This document shows positions 60,431 through 64,000 of a stretch of DNA of 64,000 nucleotides, one piece after another. The stretch spans positions 704,001 to 768,000 of the forward strand of contig CAWBZV010000005.1 in NCBI GenBank assembly GCA_963793305.1, written 5' to 3'. The position numbers and the translations under genes are program-made. Under the pieces are notes generated by a model. It made no database searches. It saw nothing but the letters and a program-made list of their open reading frames with translations, and had not been told where the DNA came from. Position 1 is the stretch's first letter. Each line of letters begins with the position of its first letter. The stretch comes from an uncultured Gemmatimonadales bacterium (lineage in GTDB: Bacteria; Gemmatimonadota; Gemmatimonadetes; Gemmatimonadales; Gemmatimonadaceae).

Positions 60431-62379
60431 GTGCGCGCAGCACTCCTGGTATGCGCGGCCGTAGGACTTGCCGCATGCAGTAGCGACAAGAACTCGACGA
60501 CCCCGGGTCACATGACGATCAACCCGGACTCGTCGAACGTATTCGTCGGGGATTCCGAACAGATCGCCGCGGTGAACGCGCCGGCATTCGTCACGTGGAG
60601 CTCGAGCGACAGCAACGTCGCCAATGTCGTCAACGGCGTGGTGTACGGTCTCGCGCCCGGGCAGGTGACGATCAATGCCTCCGCGGGCGCGAGCAACGCC
60701 TTCGCCACGATCACCGTCTCGCAACCACCGCAGATCGGGCTCTCGACGACTGGCGTGACGTTCGAAGTACCGGCGGGTGCGTCACCGCCGCCCCCGCAGA
60801 CCGTTGGTGTCGCGAACACCGGGAGTGGCCCGCTCCAGAACCTCACGGTCGGACTCGTGACCTATAGCACCGGCGCGTCCGGTTGGCTCACGGCGAATCT
60901 CCCCGCGAACGCTGCCGCGCCCGCGACGCTGACCCTCCAGCCTTCTACGACAGTCCTGCCGGCGGGGACCTACTCGGCCACGGTGCCGGTCTCGTCTCCC
61001 CAGGCGTCGAACTCGCCGCGCACCCTGACCGTCACCTACATTGTCGATCCGGCCTCTGTTCTCGTGCTCTCACGGAGCAGCGTGCCGATCGCCGCGCAAG
61101 CAAATGCCGCGCTGCCCGGCACACAGACGGTCTCGATCACGAATAGCGGCGGCGGGACGATCAACGGCATCGCGCCAGGCACGATCACGTACTCGGCCGG
61201 CGCCACGGGTTGGCTCGCCGCGAGCGTAACGTCCGCGACAACGCCCTCGACGCTGACGCTCACGCCGACATTGACGGCCCTCGCGGTCGGCAACTACTCG
61301 GCGACAGTACCGATCACGTCGGCGACGAACGGCGTGACGCCGCTGAACGTCACCGTCACCTACACGGTGTCCTCGGCGCCCGTGCCGCCAGCGATCAACC
61401 TCTCGGGCTCGTCGGCCTCGTTCAACGCGTCGAGCGGTGGGTCGATCCCGTCGAACCAACAGATCACGATCACGAATGGCGGCGGCGGAACCCTGTCCGG
61501 GTTGACCGCGCCGATCACGTACACATCGGGATCCGGTTGGCTGACCGCGACGCTCGGCAGCGCCACCGCGCCGGCAACCCTGACGCTGCAGCCGTCGTCC
61601 GTGCTCGCAATAGGAACCTATCAGGCCACGGTCGCCGTCACCGCGGCGGGGGCCAGCAACTCGCCGCAGAATATCACCGTCACCTACACGGTCACGGCGG
61701 CGCCCGTGATCCATTCTGGCGGGAACCACCGCCAACTTCCTGTCGCAGCAGGCGAACGTCGATCCCGCGAATCAGCAGATCGCGGTATCAAACACGGGCG
61801 GCGGGTCGCTGACGGGGCTCACCGCGACGGTGAACTACATCGGCAGCACCACGGGATGGCTCGCCGCCACTCTTGCCACATCCGCTCCGGCGTCGCCGTC
61901 GTCGACACCATTGACGTTGAGTGTGACAACCGGGTCGATCTCGCCAGGCACGTATCAGGCGACCGTGACCGTAGCCTCGTCGCTCTCCGGTGTTGCCTCT
62001 CAACAGGTAACGGTCACGTTCGAGCGACAGGCGACACTCACCAACGATATTCAGATGGTCTTTACGACTTGCACCGGGTGTCATGCCAGCGGGTCGCCGG
62101 CGGGCGGCGTCAACCTCTCGTCGGCCGCGGCGAGTTACACGAACCTGGTCAATGTCGCGCCGAACGTGACCGTATCGGGGTTCCCGAACCGCGTCACGCC
62201 AAGCGACTCGACCAGCAGTTGGCTGTGGGTCCAACTGTCGGCCCAGACCGGAGCATACAGCCAAAGCGAGAACATGCCGATCGGCTGTCCGGAAAACGGA
62301 CTCAATGGCGCCGGTTGCCTCACGTCCGCGCAGGAGCATTCTGGTCGCGACCTGGATTCAACAAGGAGCCGCTCAATGA
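60431..62379 (+). CDS. Lipoprotein with Big_2 domain, four BACON-like repeats and a C-terminal monoheme cytochrome c domain (+1 frameshifts near 61714 and 62339)
   Basis: Lipobox LAAC; WSSSDSNVANV; four repeats N.G.G.L..L...Y..G..GWL.A...GTY.ATV; CTGCH at 62070-62084; distal MP. The repaired end VATWIQQGAAQ* overlaps the next ATG (ATGA). Confidence 0.7.
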
Positions 62380-63665
62380 CGCGCCGGTGCGTTGGTCTCC
62401 TCCTGGTCGGCGCCTGCCTGGCCGTGCCCGTATTCGGTCAGACGCCGAACATGAAAACGGATATCCGCAACCTGTTCCACTTCGGCACCTGCGCAAACTT
62501 GATCTGCATCGATACCAGCGCCGGTCCGCACGGGACGCACTTCAATCCCGATGCGTTGGCCAGCGGAACGGAGCTGATCAACTTTCTGGAGAATGCGGTC
62601 ACGACGACGATCGGCAACCTGCCGATCGGCGGCACGTCCTCCGGCGCCGTGTTCTCATTCGATGCCAATGGCGTCCCCATCGTCTCCGCGGGGTCGACCG
62701 GACCGATCTTCGGCGAACGTGCGCAGACGCTCGGTCGTGGACATCTCGTCGTCGGCGTGAACGCGACCAGCTTGAGCTTCGCGTCGATTCGCGGTGTGCC
62801 GCTGAACGACATCTCGCTGAACCTGACCCACCAGAACATCGATCCCCAGAATGGCGGCAAGCTCGGCAGCCCGACCTTCGAGTACGATTACATCAACATC
62901 CAGACGGACATGTCGTTGTCGATGCTCGCGTACTCGGCGTACATCACGTACGGCCTCGCGAACCACGTCGACATCTCCGTGGCCGTGCCGCTGGTGCACC
63001 TGACGTTCAATGGGACGAGCATCGGCACGATCATGCATAACGAGCCCGGCCCGGCCGACCACTACTGGTCGGGCAATCCGCTCAACCCCAAGCTCGTGGA
63101 CACGACGCACTCGGGCGGAAATGTGACCGGGGTCGGCGACATGTCCGTTCGCCTCAAGGCGAATCTCCTGCAAACGGCGACGACGGGCATCGGGCTCCTG
63201 GCCGACCTGCGGCTCCCAACGGGCGACCAAAACAACCTGCTCGGGACCGGCACGATCTCTTGGCGCGCCCTGTTGATCGCCTCGACCCGCTTTGCCTTCG
63301 TCGAACCCCATGTCAATGTCGGGTATGAGTACCAAAATGCGACTACTGAAACAGGCGCCGCGCTGACCACGGTCGGACTGGATGCCCGATTGGCCCCCCC
63401 GGTGACATTTGCCGGTGAAATTATTGGACGGTGGGAGGTCGGCCCGAACGTGCCCTTGCCGGGCCCCGCGTCGTATATCGATGGGAGCGTCGTGCAGCGA
63501 ACCACGTTTCCGAACCAGCGGGACGACAACATCGATGGATCGACCGGACTCAAGATCGGGTTCGGGAAGGGCTTCACCGTGTTGGGCAACGTGATCTTCC
63601 CGATCCAGGATCGCGGCGTGAAAGCAAATATTATCTGGACCGCTGGTCTGGAACGAAGCTTTTGA
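62376..63665 (+). CDS. Putative outer-membrane beta-barrel (transporter/MetA-pathway-like)
   Basis: Signal peptide MTRRCVGLLLVGACLAVPVFGQ; ERAQTLGRG; YGLANHVDISVAVP; GVGDMSVRLK; RLPTGD...LGTG; terminal Phe in AGLERSF. Confidence 0.65.
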   Translation: MTRRCVGLLLVGACLAVPVFGQTPNMKTDIRNLFHFGTCANLICIDTSAGPHGTHFNPDALASGTELINFLENAVTTTIGNLPIGGTSSGAVFSFDANGVPIVSAGSTGPIFGERAQTLGRGHLVVGVNATSLSFASIRGVPLNDISLNLTHQNIDPQNGGKLGSPTFEYDYINIQTDMSLSMLAYSAYITYGLANHVDISVAVPLVHLTFNGTSIGTIMHNEPGPADHYWSGNPLNPKLVDTTHSGGNVTGVGDMSVRLKANLLQTATTGIGLLADLRLPTGDQNNLLGTGTISWRALLIASTRFAFVEPHVNVGYEYQNATTETGAALTTVGLDARLAPPVTFAGEIIGRWEVGPNVPLPGPASYIDGSVVQRTTFPNQRDDNIDGSTGLKIGFGKGFTVLGNVIFPIQDRGVKANIIWTAGLERSF

Positions 63666-63675
63666 ACTGGACTCA

Positions 63676-64000
63676 TTGAACACTACCCGCGTCGCTTCGC
63701 CCGTCGCTCCAGATGCCCGCGCCCATTTACTGGACGCGGTACGCGAAGCGTCCGCCGCGACATATGAAACCCTCGGCGAGCTAGGCCCGAGCGCGCGGAG
63801 CGTGATGGCCTATCTCGCCCGGACGAAGTCGGACCGGGCGCTCTCGGTCCTGCTCCTGGAACGTGACCCCATGAGTCCGATCGGCGAGGACCGTTACACC
63901 CTCGCCGAGGCCAATGAGCTCGACGATCGCGTCCCCACGCTCGGGATTACCTGCGACGCCTGCCAGGCGCCGCTCGCGACGTGGGCGGCCCGCTGCGGAG
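63676..64000 (+). CDS. 3'-truncated paralog of the 26159 protein (kinase-N-lobe-like module plus Zn ribbon); absent from the ORF track
   Basis: Manual translation: MNTTRVASPVAPDARAHLLDAVREASAATYETLGELGPSARSVMAYLARTKSDRALSVLLLERD...LDDRVPTLGITCDACQAPLATWAARCG; open to the window end. Confidence 0.65.
   Translation, partial: MNTTRVASPVAPDARAHLLDAVREASAATYETLGELGPSARSVMAYLARTKSDRALSVLLLERDPMSPIGEDRYTLAEANELDDRVPTLGITCDACQAPLATWAARCG

Noticed and set aside
61716..63040. Arg-rich C-terminal half of the 869-aa ORF 60431..63040
   Set aside because: Out-of-frame read-through after the insertion at ~61714; the BACON repeat continues in another frame.
61830..63665. 611-aa ORF appearing to fuse a cytochrome c domain to a beta-barrel (porin-cytochrome fusion)
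   Set aside because: A one-base repair at ~62339 gives the typical WIxxGA* cytochrome end overlapping an ATG with its own signal peptide, so two genes plus a frameshift is the simpler reading.
1..64000. CRISPR arrays, rRNA/tRNA genes, transposases, integrases, prophage or eCIS
   Set aside because: No repeat-spacer arrays, RNA gene signatures or recombinase ORFs were seen. The contractile genes come with TssL, TssM and ClpV, which indicates a T6SS rather than a phage tail or eCIS.

Overview
This is a high-GC bacterial window. The gene content suggests Gemmatimonadota, but that is an inference. It has four blocks. (1) 1-7.9 kb: tyrosine catabolism genes (acetoacetate-CoA ligase fragment, hppD, hmgA), an M16 peptidase pair and an S9 peptidase. 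(2) 7.9-21.2 kb: a polyamine uptake and catabolism cluster (putrescine aminotransferase, two Pot-like ABC systems, gabT, an aldehyde dehydrogenase, gabD), followed by a SusC/SusD pair to 26.1 kb. (3) 36.8-60.4 kb: a type VI secretion system (tssM, tssL, two tssK, tssB, tssC, hcp, tagJ/impE, tssA, tssE, tssF, tssG, clpV, vgrG, a DUF6931-like gene, PAAR). I see no tssJ and no effector/immunity genes, but a SAM methyltransferase and a kinase-N-lobe-like Pro-rich membrane protein sit inside the cluster. (4) Both flanks of the T6SS carry the same unusual gene set: Ig/BACON-stalk lipoproteins (tipped by RCC1 propellers on the left, a CxxCH cytochrome c domain on the right), an outer-membrane beta-barrel, and a kinase-N-lobe plus Zn-ribbon protein. 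A CsgG-like lipoprotein is present on the left only. About ten genes carry +1 frameshifts that look like sequencing or assembly errors, so several ORFs in the supplied track are split or falsely fused. I recognised no rRNA, tRNA, CRISPR array or mobile element. All family assignments come from motifs read by eye, not from database searches.
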